Assembly (NCBI GenBank): GCA_963816395.1
Contig: CAWFKQ010000006.1
Span: 128,001-192,000, forward strand
Length of the DNA stretch: 64,000 nucleotides
Reading direction: 5' to 3'
Source of the DNA: an uncultured delta proteobacterium
GTDB taxonomy: Bacteria > Desulfobacterota > Desulfuromonadia > Desulfuromonadales > JACZKF01
Below are positions 19,152 to 29,435 of the stretch, in pieces. Each line of letters starts with the position of its first letter. The stretch's first letter is position 1. A model generated the notes under the pieces. It was given only the letters and a program-made list of their open reading frames with translations. It searched no databases and was not told the DNA's origin. The position numbers and the translations under genes were made by a program.

Positions 19152-21157
19152 ATGTCTTTGCAAATTGCCCAATGGGCCGTTCTGATCGCGCTTGCTTCCT
19201 CTCTGCTGCCCCTGCCTTTTTTCTCCTCCCGACGCCTTTTCAAGGCACTCGCCTTTGCCCTGCTCGGAGCTTCCGGTCTGGCCGCGCTGGCCGCGGGCGG
19301 GCTGGCCCTTTTTTCCGCCGAGCGGCCGCCCAGGTACTGCCGTTCGGTCTCCCCTGGCTGCATTGCCACCTGCAGCTCGATCCCCTTTCGGGCTTTTTCC
19401 TGCTGATCATCGGCCTGGTGACCAGCCGTGGCGGCGGCTTACGGGCCGGCCTATGTGCGCGAATACGAGGGCGGTGCCCAGCCTCTGGCGCCTCTGACCT
19501 TCTTTACCGGCACCTTCGTCACCGGCATGTACCTGCTGGTGCTGACCGCCGACGCCTTCTCGTTCATGGTCGCCTGGGAGCTGATGTCGGTATCCAGCTA
19601 CTTCCTGGTCGCCTTCCAGCACCAGCATGAGGAAAACCGCAGTGCCGCCTTCATCTATCTGCTGATGGCGCAGATCGGCGGACTCTGCATCCTGCTCGCC
19701 TTCGGGGTGCTGGCCGGCTTCGGCGGCGGCTTCAGTTTCGCCGCCATGGCCGCCGCGCCGCTGAGCCGCGGCTGGGCGAGCATCGCCTTTCTGCTCGCCT
19801 TCGTCGGCTTCGGCATGAAGGCCGGCGTGGTGCCGCTGCACGTCTGGCTGCCGCAGGCGCATCCGGTGGCGCCCTCGCACATCTCGGCGCTGATGTCGGG
19901 GGTGATGCTGAAGGTGGCGGTCTACGGCTTCATCCGCTTCACCTTCGACCTGCTCGGCAACCTGCAGTGGCAGTGGGGCGTGCTCACCCTGCTCATCGGC
20001 AGCATTTCGGCCATCCTCGGGGTGCTCTATGCCCTGATGCAGCACGATCTCAAGCGCCTGCTCGCCTACCACAGCGTGGAAAACATCGGCATCATCTACA
20101 TGGGCCTGGGGCTGGCGCTGCTCTTCGCCGGCAGCGGCCTGCCCGGTCTGGCCGCCCTCGGGATGGTGGCCGCCCTCTATCACTGCCTCAACCACGCCCT
20201 GTTCAAGAGTCTGCTCTTTTTCGGCGCCGGTGCGGTGCTGCAGCAGAGCCATGAACACGATCTGGAGCGCATGGGCGGGCTGCTGCGGCGCATGCCGGTG
20301 ACCGCCGTCTGCTTCCTGATCGGCTGCATCAGCATCTCGGCGCTTCCCCCGTTCAACGGTTTCGTTTCCGAATGGCTGACCTTTCAGGCGGCCTTGCAGG
20401 GGCCGGCGCTGGCGAGCGGGGTGCTCGGCTCGCTGATTCCGGTTGCCGCCGCCGTGCTGGCGCTGACCGGAGCGCTGGCGGCGGCCTGCTTCGTCAAGGT
20501 CTTCGGCGTGGCCTTTCTCGGCCTGAGCCGCGGCCGGCAGGGGCTCCAGGTGCGGGATGCCGCCCCGGGGATGCTCTTCGGTCAGGGGGTGCTGGCGCTG
20601 CTCTGCCTGCTCTTCGGCATCCTGCCGACCTGGACGGTGGGGGCGCTCGACGCCATCCCGCGGCAGCTCCTCGGCCGCGGCCTGCCGGAGGCGACGGCGC
20701 AGGGCTGGCTCTGGCTGACGCCGGTGGCGCCGCAGAGCGCTTCCTACGGGGCGCCGCTGGTCCTTGCCGGCATCGCCCTCGCCTGGCTGCTGGCCTTTCT
20801 CTGGCTGCATCCGCGGCGGCGGCGCACGCCGGTGCGGATCGGCCCCGCCTGGGATTGCGGCTTCGGCCCGCTGAATGCGCGCATGCAGTACACGGCGACC
20901 GCTTTCAGCATGCCGATCCGCCGCATCTTTCGCCCGGCCTGGCCGATCACCGAACGGCTCGAGCCGGCGGCGGGGGAGGCGCCGCCCCGCTACCGGCTGC
21001 AGGTCGGCGACTGGGCCTGGCAGAAGGTCTACCTGCCCATCGGCCGGCTGCTGCTGGCGAGCGCCCGGCGGGTGGCGCTGATCCAGGGGGGAACATCCGC
21101 GCCTATCTCGCCTATTCCTTCTTTACCCTGCTCTTTCTGCTCTGGGTGATCGTATGA
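19152..21157 (+). CDS. hyfB: Ehr-1 HyfB/NuoL-like proton-translocating subunit (frameshifts near 19325, 19425, 21090)
   Basis: LDPLSGFFLL, AWELMS, GFGMKAGVVPLHVWLPQAHPVAPSHISALMSG, KRLLAYHSVENIG, LPPFNGFVSEW, WDCG..RMQYTATAFSMPIRRIF. Confidence 0.88.
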
Positions 21158-22098
21158 AGGGGTGGCTGCTGGCGATTCTGCAGACCGGGCTGTTCGCGGC
21201 CGCCGCCCCGCTCTTCGGCGGCTGGGTCAAATGGGTCAAATGCCGGCTGCAGAACCGGCAGGGACCGCCCCCCTGGCAGCCGTACCGCGACCTGGCCAAA
21301 CTGTTCCGCAAGGAGGTGGTGCTCGCCGAACCGGCCTCCCCGATCTTCCGGGCGGCGCCCTACATCGTCTTCAGCGTTACCGCCCTGGCCGGCTCGGTGA
21401 TCCCGCTGGTCGCGGTGGGGCTGCCGACCTCGGCGATCGCCGACGTCATCGTCCTGGTCGGGTTCTTCGCCCTGGCGCGCTTCTTCCTCGCCCTGGCCGG
21501 CATGGACGTGGGGACCGCCTTCGGCGGCATGGGCTCGTCGCGGGAGGTGACGATCTCCTCCCTCGCCGAGCCGGCCATGCTGCTGGCGGTCTTCACCCTG
21601 GCGATGAGCGTCGCCAGCACCAATCTCTCGACGATGATCGGCAAGCTGGCCGGCGCTCCCTTCCAGCTCCATCCCTCGTTCATCTTTGCCGCCATGGGTA
21701 TGGTACTGGTGGCACTGGCGGAAACCGGCCGCATCCCGGTCGACAATCCGGCCACCCACCTGGAGCTGACGATGATCCACGAGGCGATGATCCTCGAGTA
21801 CAGCGGCCGGCATCTGGCGCTGATGGAGTGGGGGGCGATGCTCAAGCTGCTGATCTACGGGGTGCTGCTCGTCAACCTCTTCATCCCCTGGGGGGTGGCG
21901 CGGGACCTGGCCCCGGCCGCCCTCGCCCTCGGCCTGGGGGCGATCCTCCTCAAGCTGCTGCTGCTCGGCGCCGGGCTCGCGGCCGGGGAGACGGCGCTGG
22001 CCAAGATGCGCCTGTTCCGGGTGCCGCAATTTCTCGGGCTGGCCTTCATCCTCAGCCTGCTGGGGATGCTCAGCCACGTGATCCTGGAGGTGCGCTGA
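21154..22098 (+). CDS. hyfC: Ehr-1 HyfC/NuoH-like membrane subunit
   Basis: RLQNRQGPPPWQPYRDLAKL, GTAFGGMGSSRE, ETGRIPVDNPATHLELTMIHEAMILEYSG. Confidence 0.9.
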   Translation: MKGWLLAILQTGLFAAAAPLFGGWVKWVKCRLQNRQGPPPWQPYRDLAKLFRKEVVLAEPASPIFRAAPYIVFSVTALAGSVIPLVAVGLPTSAIADVIVLVGFFALARFFLALAGMDVGTAFGGMGSSREVTISSLAEPAMLLAVFTLAMSVASTNLSTMIGKLAGAPFQLHPSFIFAAMGMVLVALAETGRIPVDNPATHLELTMIHEAMILEYSGRHLALMEWGAMLKLLIYGVLLVNLFIPWGVARDLAPAALALGLGAILLKLLLLGAGLAAGETALAKMRLFRVPQFLGLAFILSLLGMLSHVILEVR

Positions 22099-22100
22099 CC

Positions 22101-22826
22101 ATGGCCCTGGCCCATCTGAGCTTCTCCGAGCAGGCGATACTGACCCTGGCGGCCCTGATCCTCTTCACCTCCTTCCTGCTGCTGGCGCAGTCCCGGCTGG
22201 TCGCCCTGATCCACACCTTCGCCTGGCAGGGGGCGCTGCTCTTCCTGGCCACGGTGCTGATGGCCACCACCTCGGGGCGGCACCACCTGTTCATCTCCGC
22301 CGCCCTGACCCTGGCGCTGAAGGTCTGCTTCATCCCCTGGCAGCTGCGCCGTCTGGTGGTGCGCCTCGATATCCGCCGCGAGGTGGAGACGGTCGGCGGG
22401 GCGTCGCTGGTGATGATCGGCGCCGGCGCCCTGACCCTGTTCAGCTACTACGTGGCGCTGCCGATCCGGGAGCTGTCGCTCCTCTCCACCCGCAACACCA
22501 TCGCCATCTCCCTGGCGGTGATTCTGATCGGCATGCTGATGATCATCACCCGGCGCAAGGCGGTGGCGCAGGTGATCGGTTTCATGTCGATGGAGAACGG
22601 CCTGTTCTTCGCCGCGGTGGTCGCCACCTACGGCATGCCGATGGTGGTGGAGCTGGGGGTGGCCTTCGACGTGCTGGTGGCGGCGATCCTCTTCGGCATC
22701 TTCTTCCTGCAGATCCGCGCCGGCATCGGCAGCCTCGATGTCGATCGGCTCAATCGGCTCACCGAGGTGGAAAAGGGCAGCCGTGATTCCGACCGCTCCA
22801 ACCGGCTCGCCGAGGTGGAAAAATGA
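22101..22826 (+). CDS. hyfE: Ehr-1 HyfE-like membrane subunit
   Basis: FAWQG, ALKVCFIP, RRKAVAQVIGFMSMENG, GMPMVVELGVAFD. Confidence 0.88.
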   Translation: MALAHLSFSEQAILTLAALILFTSFLLLAQSRLVALIHTFAWQGALLFLATVLMATTSGRHHLFISAALTLALKVCFIPWQLRRLVVRLDIRREVETVGGASLVMIGAGALTLFSYYVALPIRELSLLSTRNTIAISLAVILIGMLMIITRRKAVAQVIGFMSMENGLFFAAVVATYGMPMVVELGVAFDVLVAAILFGIFFLQIRAGIGSLDVDRLNRLTEVEKGSRDSDRSNRLAEVEK

Positions 22827-24290
22827 CCGCCCTCTACCTGACCCTGCTCCTGCCGCTGGCCGGCACCCTGCTTCTCGGCGGTGATCGGCCACCGCCGTCA
22901 GGCCGGGACCGTCAACCTCCTGTTTACCGTCGCCACCTTCGCCACCTCACTGCAGCTGGCGCTCGATGTCTTCAACCAGGGGCCGCTGCTTTCCCCGGGG
23001 AAGCTCTTCTACGTCGACGCCTTCAACGTCTACCTGATCCTGCTCAACGCCCTGGTCGGGATGACCACGGCGATCTTCTCCCGCCCCTACATGGCCCACG
23101 AAGTCGCCATCGGCCGGGTGGACGATCGCCGCATGCGTCTCTACTACGCCATGTACCAGGGTTTTCTGCTGACCATGCTGGTGGCCCTCTCGACCAACAA
23201 CCTGGGGCTGCTGTGGGTGGCGGTGGAGGGGGCGACCCTGGCGACGGTGCTGCTGGTCAGCCTTTACCGCACCCCGGAATCGATCGAGGCGGGATGGAAG
23301 TATTTCATCCTCTGCGGCGTCGGCATCGCCCAGGCCCTGTTCGGCACGGTGCTGGTCTATTTTGCCGCCGAGCGGATCCTGCCCGGCAGCAGCGAATCGC
23401 TGCTCTGGAGCGTTCTGCACAGCCGCGCCGCCGAACTGGAACCGGCGGTGCTGAGCCTCGCCTTCGTTTTTCTGCTCGTCGGCTACGGCACCAAGGTCGG
23501 CCTGGTGCCGCTCCATAACTGGCTTCCCGATGCCCATTCGGAGGGGCCGACGCCGATGTCGGCGATCCTCTCCGGGCTGCTGCTGAACGTCGCCCTCTAC
23601 TCCCTGGTGCGCTTCAAGATGCTCATCGACCCGGCCCTTCCCGGCGGACTGGCCGGCAAGATGATGATGGGATTCGGCCTGCTCTCCTTCACCGTCGCCG
23701 GTCTGCTGCTGCACCGCCAGCGCGACGTCAAACGGATGTTCAGCTATTCCTCCATCGAGCACATGGGATTGATGACTTTCGCCTTCGGCATCGGCGGGCC
23801 GCTGGCCACCTTCGGCGGCCTGCTGCACATGATTGTCCATTCCCTGACCAAATCGGCGATCTTCGTCACCGTCGGTCATGTCGCCCATATCGCCGGCACC
23901 CAGTCGATCGAACGGATTCGCGGCCTGATCCGGGTGCAGCCAAAGGTCGGCTGGTGCTTTCTGCTCAGCACCGTGGCCATCGCCGGCTTTCCCCCCTTCG
24001 GTGTCTTCACCAGCGAATTTCTGCTTTTCACCGCCACCATGAAGAGCTGGCCCTGGCTGGTGATACCGCTGCTGCTCGGACTGTGCATCGCCTTTTCCGG
24101 GCTCTTCCGGCACATGCAGCTGATGGTCTACGGCGAGCCGCCGCCCGGACATCTGCCGGTGACCGCCAACATGTGGCCGGTGATGCTCCATCTGGCGCTG
24201 GTCCTCTGGCTCGGCATCGCCATTCCCGGCGTGTTGGTGCGCTGGCTCGACCAGGCGACGATCATGGTCGTCGGCAAGGGGGTGTTATGA
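22823..24290 (+). CDS. hyfF: Ehr-1 HyfF-like proton-translocating subunit (frameshift near 22880)
   Basis: NNLGLLWVAVEGATL, EAGWKYFILCGVGI, GYGTKVGLVPLHNWLPDAHSEGP, KRMFSYSSIEHMG. Confidence 0.88.
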
Positions 24291-25888
24291 GCCGGCAGGC
24301 GCCGCGGGTGCGCTCGGCACGGGTCGGCGATCTGCCCCGGCTGCTGGCCGCGGCGGGGATCGCCGCTGCTCCGGCGGCCGGTCCGGCCGGCCCGGCCCGC
24401 CTGCTGGAACTGGCCGCCGCCGACTGGGGGCGGGCGGCCGGCGTCGCCGCGGCGGCCGGCCTGCGCTTCAGCGCCGTGTGGGGCGAGCATCTGCCGCCGC
24501 GCCTGCTGGTGACCACCCTGCTGGCCGGCGGCGACGGTCATCTGCTGCTGCGCACGGCGGTCGATCAGACAGCGCCGCAGCTCCCCTCGCAGACCCCGGC
24601 CTTCGCCGCCGCCGATCGTCCCGAGCGCCATCTGCAGGATATGTTCGGGGTGCGCTTCATCGATCATCCCGACGGCCGCCGCTGGACCCGCCACCAGGCC
24701 TGGCCGGCCGACTGCTTCCCGCTGCGCCGCGACTTTCCGGCGGCCGGGGCGCCGCCGGCGGAAACGCCCCCCGACTGTCTCTATCCCTTCGCACCGGTAG
24801 CCGGCAGCGGGGTCTACGAGATCCCGGTCGGGCCGGTGCATGCCGGGATCATCGAGCCGGGGCATTTCCGTTTTCAGGCGGTCGGCGAGGATGTCCTGCG
24901 CCTGGAAGCGCATCTTGGCTACGTGCACAAGGGAATCGAGAAGATCGCCGAGGGGCGCGACCTGGCCGGGCTGGCGCGGCTGGCCGGGCGGGTCTCCGGC
25001 GACAGCACGGTGGCCCACGCCTGGGCCGCCTGCCAGGCGGCGGAAGCCGCCCTGGGGATCACCGCCCCGCCGCGCGCCCTGGCCCTGCGGGCGATCTTCG
25101 CCGAGCGCGAGCGGATCGCCAACCACCTCGGCGATATCGGCGCCGTCTGCAACGACGTCGGCTTCAGCTTCGCCCAGGTGCAGATGACCCGTCTGCGCGA
25201 ACTCTGGCAGCGGCAGAGCGCTGCCGCCTTCGGCCATCGCCTGCTCATGGACCGGGTGGTGCCGGGCGGGGTGGCGGTCGATCTGCCCCCCGAACAGGTC
25301 GATCCCCTGCGGCAGGAGGCGCAGCGCCTGCGGGATGAGGTGACGGCGCTGATGCCGCTGCTGCTTGAATATCCCTCGCTGCAGGACCGGCTGCGCGACA
25401 CCGGGGTGCTGACCCCGGCGGCGGCCGAACGGCTCGGCGTTCTCGGCTATCTGGGGCGGGCCAGCGACCTGCAGGACGACCTGCGGCGCGATGCCCCCTA
25501 TCCCCCCTATGACCGGCTGACGGTGGAGGTTCCGGCCTATCTGGAAGGGGATGTGGCGAAACGGGTGCGGGTGCGCGGCGATGAGATCCTGATCTCCCTG
25601 GGGCTGATCACCGATCTGCTGGCGCAGCTGCCGGCGGGGCCGCTGCGGGCCGCGCTGCCGGTTCCCGGCGGGGAGTGCGCGGGAATCGGGCTGGTGGAGG
25701 GGTGGCGCGGCGAAACCCTCGCCTTCCTGCGTCTCGACGGGGAGGGGCGGGTGCTGCGCTATTTCCCGCGCGATCCCAGCTGGCTCAACTGGCCGGCCCT
25801 CGAACTGCTCATCGCCGGGAACATCGTCCCCGATTTCCCGGTCTGCAACAAATCGGTGAACGGCTCGTATTCGGGGGTCGACCTGTGA
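24287..25888 (+). CDS. Ehr-1 NuoCD/HyfG-like large subunit lacking NiFe-binding CxxC motifs
   Basis: ERHLQDMFG, EIPVGPVHAGIIEPGHFRF, GYVHKGIE, RVSGDSTVAH (no CxxC), EGWRGE, RDPSW.NW, PDFPVCNKSVNGSYSGVDL. Confidence 0.9.
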   Translation: MSRQAPRVRSARVGDLPRLLAAAGIAAAPAAGPAGPARLLELAAADWGRAAGVAAAAGLRFSAVWGEHLPPRLLVTTLLAGGDGHLLLRTAVDQTAPQLPSQTPAFAAADRPERHLQDMFGVRFIDHPDGRRWTRHQAWPADCFPLRRDFPAAGAPPAETPPDCLYPFAPVAGSGVYEIPVGPVHAGIIEPGHFRFQAVGEDVLRLEAHLGYVHKGIEKIAEGRDLAGLARLAGRVSGDSTVAHAWAACQAAEAALGITAPPRALALRAIFAERERIANHLGDIGAVCNDVGFSFAQVQMTRLRELWQRQSAAAFGHRLLMDRVVPGGVAVDLPPEQVDPLRQEAQRLRDEVTALMPLLLEYPSLQDRLRDTGVLTPAAAERLGVLGYLGRASDLQDDLRRDAPYPPYDRLTVEVPAYLEGDVAKRVRVRGDEILISLGLITDLLAQLPAGPLRAALPVPGGECAGIGLVEGWRGETLAFLRLDGEGRVLRYFPRDPSWLNWPALELLIAGNIVPDFPVCNKSVNGSYSGVDL

Positions 25889-25934
25889 GACCGGGGAAGC
25901 TGCACCAGCGGATAACCGATCCTGAAGGCGTCTC

Positions 25935-25958
25935 ACGCGACGACGCGACGACGCAACG
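25935..25958. repeat. Octamer tandem repeat (ACGCGACG)x3
   Basis: acgcgacg-acgcgacg-acgcaacg. Confidence 0.6.
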
Positions 25959-26006
25959 TAAAGCCAGTGCACCGGATCTTCGGTCTTCTGAATCCGTGCA
26001 TCCATG

Positions 26007-26031
26007 CGGCACGGCGTCGCCGTGCCCCTAC
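26007..26031 (-). repeat. GTAG-type REP-like palindrome
   Basis: Minus strand GTAGGGGCACGGCGACGCCGTGCCG. Confidence 0.7.
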
Positions 26032-26045
26032 AGCGGAAATGACCC

Positions 26046-26555
26046 ATGCTGCGTATCTTCAATAAAATCCTGCGCACCGGCCGGCTGACCGAGCCTCTGC
26101 CCGCCGCCGACCGGGCGGTCGCCGAACTGGGCGCCGCCTGCCAGCGGGAGATCGCCGCCCGCTTCGGCCGCTCCCTCGCCATCCGCATGGTCGACGCCGG
26201 CTCCTGCAACGGCTGCGAACTGGAGATGCACGCGGTCAACAACGGCTTCTACGACATCGAGCGCTTCGGCATCCACTTCGTCGCCTCACCGCGCCATGCC
26301 GACCTGCTGCTGGTGACCGGCCCGGTCTCGCGCCACATGCAGGCGGCCCTGCAGCGGACCTATGCGGCGACTCCCGCGCCCAAGCTGGTGGTGGCGATGG
26401 GCGACTGCGGCGCCGACGGCGGCGAGTTCGGCGTTTCCTACGCCAGCTGCGGTGCCGTGGCCAACGTCATCCCCGTCGATGCGGTGATCCGCGGCTGCCC
26501 GCCGACCCCGCAGCAGCTGCTGCAGGGGCTGCTGGAAGTGCTCCAGCGCCGCTGA
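26046..26555 (+). CDS. Ehr-1 NuoB/HyfI-like small Fe-S subunit
   Basis: DAGSCNGCELE, YDIERFGIHFVASPRHAD, GDC, IRGCPPTP. Confidence 0.92.
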   Translation: MLRIFNKILRTGRLTEPLPAADRAVAELGAACQREIAARFGRSLAIRMVDAGSCNGCELEMHAVNNGFYDIERFGIHFVASPRHADLLLVTGPVSRHMQAALQRTYAATPAPKLVVAMGDCGADGGEFGVSYASCGAVANVIPVDAVIRGCPPTPQQLLQGLLEVLQRR

Positions 26556-26563
26556 GAGCAGCC

Positions 26564-26620
26564 GTGGACGCATGGACATCGTGGACAGTCCATCGTCCAT
26601 GGTCCACATGTCCGCCGTCC
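26564..26620. repeat. TGGAC/GTCCA tandem repeats in inverted arrangement
   Basis: gtggacgc-atggacatc-gtggaca / gtccatc-gtccatg-gtccacat-gtcc. Confidence 0.65.
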
Positions 26621-26677
26621 TTTCTCTTCCCTCTTAATCCTCCTCCTCGCTCCTTTTCCCTTCCATTAAAATTCTTC

Positions 26678-26730
26678 TTGACACTGTCCTGGTTTGAGAA
26701 TAGTGTCCACAAATGTCCAACATGTGGGCA
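26678..26730 (+). promoter_or_regulatory. Putative promoter/operator of Ehr cluster 2
   Basis: TTGACA followed by repeated TGTCC(A) boxes and an inverted GTGGGCA. Confidence 0.45.
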
Positions 26731-26755
26731 TAAATAACATCTCATGGGATAAAAT

Positions 26756-27433
26756 GTGAACATCTCGGTGAAAGACGCCGCCCGCCTTCTCGCGGTTTCC
26801 GAAAAGACCATTTACCGCTGGATCAAGGGGGAGATCGTCCCCGCCTATAAGGTCCACGAGAGTTATCGCTTCAACCGCGCCGAACTGCTGGAATGGGCGA
26901 CCTCACGGCGGATGGGGATCTCCCCCGAGGCCTGCGGCGAGCCGGAGGCGGAAGCCCAGCCGCTGCCGAGCCTGTCGTCGGCGCTGGAAAATGGCGGAGT
27001 CTTTTACCGGATAGCGGGGAATACCCGGGAGAAGGTGCTGGCCGACACCGTGGCGCATCTGCGGCTGCCCGAGGAGGTGGACCGCGATTACCTGTATCAG
27101 GTGCTGCTCGCCCGTGAGGGGATCGCCTCCACGGGGGTCGGCAACGGGGTGGCCATTCCGCATCCCCGCGATCCGGTGCTGCTGCATGTGACCCGGCCGA
27201 CCGTAACCCTCTGCTTTCTGGAACAGGCGGTCGATTTCCAGGCTCTCGACGGCCGGCCGGTCCATATCCTGTTTACCCTGATCACCCCCACCCGTCGCTC
27301 CCATCTGCATCTTCTCTCCCTTCTCGGCTTCGTGCTGCGCAATCCCGCCTTTTTGCAGGTATTGCAGAACCAGGCGGGGCGCGAGGAGATTTTCACCGCC
27401 TTGCGGAGCGCCGAGGAAAGCCTGCAAAAATGA
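26756..27433 (+). CDS. Excisionase-type HTH fused to PTS EIIA(Ntr/Fru-type) domain; regulator
   Basis: SVKDAARLLAVSEKTIYRWIK..YRFNRAELLEW; LAREGIASTGVGNGVAIPHPR (phosphorylatable His); VDFQALDGRPVHILF. Confidence 0.9.
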   Translation: MNISVKDAARLLAVSEKTIYRWIKGEIVPAYKVHESYRFNRAELLEWATSRRMGISPEACGEPEAEAQPLPSLSSALENGGVFYRIAGNTREKVLADTVAHLRLPEEVDRDYLYQVLLAREGIASTGVGNGVAIPHPRDPVLLHVTRPTVTLCFLEQAVDFQALDGRPVHILFTLITPTRRSHLHLLSLLGFVLRNPAFLQVLQNQAGREEIFTALRSAEESLQK

Positions 27434-29433
27434 ACGCCGATACGTTGTTGATCCTGGCGCTGCTGATCATTCCGGCCGGTGGAAGCGGCGCCCTCCTGGC
27501 CGGGCGCCGCCCGAAGCTGGCCGCGGCCCTGGCGGTGGGCGCCACCGTGGTCGGTTCGCTGTGCGGGTTGTGGGGCGCCTTATCCGTCCTGCTCGGGCGC
27601 GTCGCCGGTCTGAGCGCGAGTCTCCCCTGGCAGGTGCCGGGCGGCCGCCTGGCATTGACGGTCGACCCGCTGAGCGCCTTTTTCCTGGTGCCGATCTTCG
27701 TCATCTCCCCCCTCTGCGCCATCTATGGCGCCGCCTATCTGCGGGCCGAAGGCGCCCACCGGCCCCTCGGTCCCCATTGGTTTTTCTTCAATGGCTTGGT
27801 CGCGGCCATGGCGCTGGTGGTCACGGCGGCCAATGCCGTCCTGTTTCTCGCCGCCTGGGAAGTCATGTCGCTGACCTCCTTTTTTCTGGTGGCCTTTGAC
27901 CATCATCGGCCGGAGGTGCGCAGTGCGGCCTGGACCTACCTGCTCGCCTGTCATCTCGGCGGAGCCTGTCTGTTCGCCATGTTCCTGCTGGCTGGAAACC
28001 TCTGCGGCAGCCTCGATTTTGCCGATTTCGCCCCCCTGGCCGCCGCCGGGCCGGGCCTTGCCCTGGCCCTGTTCCTGCTCGCCCTGGTCGGTTTCGGCAC
28101 CAAGGCGGGACTGCTGCCGCTGCACGTCTGGCTGCCGGACGCTCACCCGGCGGCCCCCAGCCACGTCTCCGCGCTGATGTCCGCGGTGATGATCAAGACC
28201 GGTATTTACGGCATCCTGCGCATTCTGCTCCTGCTGCCGGCGCCTCCCGCCTGGTGGGGCGGCCTGCTGGCGGTTCTCGGCACCCTGGGCGCTCTTTACG
28301 GAATCGCGCTGGCGACCATGCAGCGCGATATCAAGCGCTGCCTGGCCTACTCCACCGTCGAGAATGTCGGCATCATTTTTCTCGGCCTGGGGCTGGGTAT
28401 CTACGCCGCCGGCAAGGGGATGCCGGAGGTCGCCCTCCTCGGTTTCGCCGGCGGCCTGCTGCACCTCTGGAATCATGCGCTGTTCAAGGGGCTGATGTTC
28501 CTCGGCGGCGGCAGCCTGCTGCACGTCACCGGCACTCGCGACATGAACATGATGGGGGGGCTTCTGCGGCGCCTGCCGGTCAGCGGCACCCTGCTGATCG
28601 GCGGCAGTCTGGCCATCGGCGGCCTGCCGCCCTTCAACGGCCTGGTCAGCGAATGGCTGCTCTATCTCGGCCTGCTCAAGGCCGGCACCGGCGCCCCCGC
28701 CTTCTGGGGGCTCTTCCCCTCCCTGCTGCTTGGCCTGCTCGGCCTGACCGGTGCGCTGGCGGTGGTGGCCTTTACCCGCCTGATCGGCATCGCTCTGCTC
28801 GGGGAGCCGCGCTCGGCTGAGGCGGCGCAGGCCCGGGAAGCGTCGCGCTGGATGACCCTGCCGATGGGGCTGTTGCTGTCTCCTCTGTCTGGCTGTCGGC
28901 CTGGTCGCCCCAGGCGGCGGCGCGGCTGCTGGCGACGCCGTTGGCGGTCTTGAACCCGGCCGGACCAGGCCTGGAGTCGATGATCGCCCCCCTGGCCGGG
29001 ATCGGCCGCTGGGGCAGGGCTGCTTTCCCTGGCGCTGCTGGCGGGGGCAGGGCTGTTCGGCTGGCTGCGCCGGCACCGTCCCACCGCTGCGGCGGCGACC
29101 TGGGGGTGCGGATTCGCCTTTCCCTCGCCACGCATGGCCTACACCGGCGAGGGCTTCGGCCAATTGGCCCAATTCCACCTGCTGCCGACCTGGCTGCGGC
29201 CGCGCGTGGTGGAAGAAGTCCCGACCGGTCTTTTCCCGGCGCCGGGGCGGCTGGCGCAAAGCTCCCTTGACCCCGGGCTGCAGTCGGTTTTCCTGCCGCT
29301 GTTCGGCTGGGTGGCGGAGCGCTGCGTGCGGCTGCGCTGGTTGCAGCAGGGTAAGCTGCCGATTTACCTGCTTTATATTTTCATCTGCTGCGGGCTGTTG
29401 ATGGTCTGGAGCATCCTGGAAGGAAGGGGGTAA
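27430..29433 (+). CDS. Ehr-2 HyfB-like proton-translocating subunit A1 (frameshifts near 28880 and 29020)
   Basis: VDPLSAFFL, AWEVMS, GFGTKAGLLPLHVWLPDAHPAAPSH, KRCLAYSTVENVG, LPPFNGLVSEW, TWGCGF..MAYTG..QQGKLPIYLLYIF. Confidence 0.85.
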
Positions 29434-29435
29434 GC

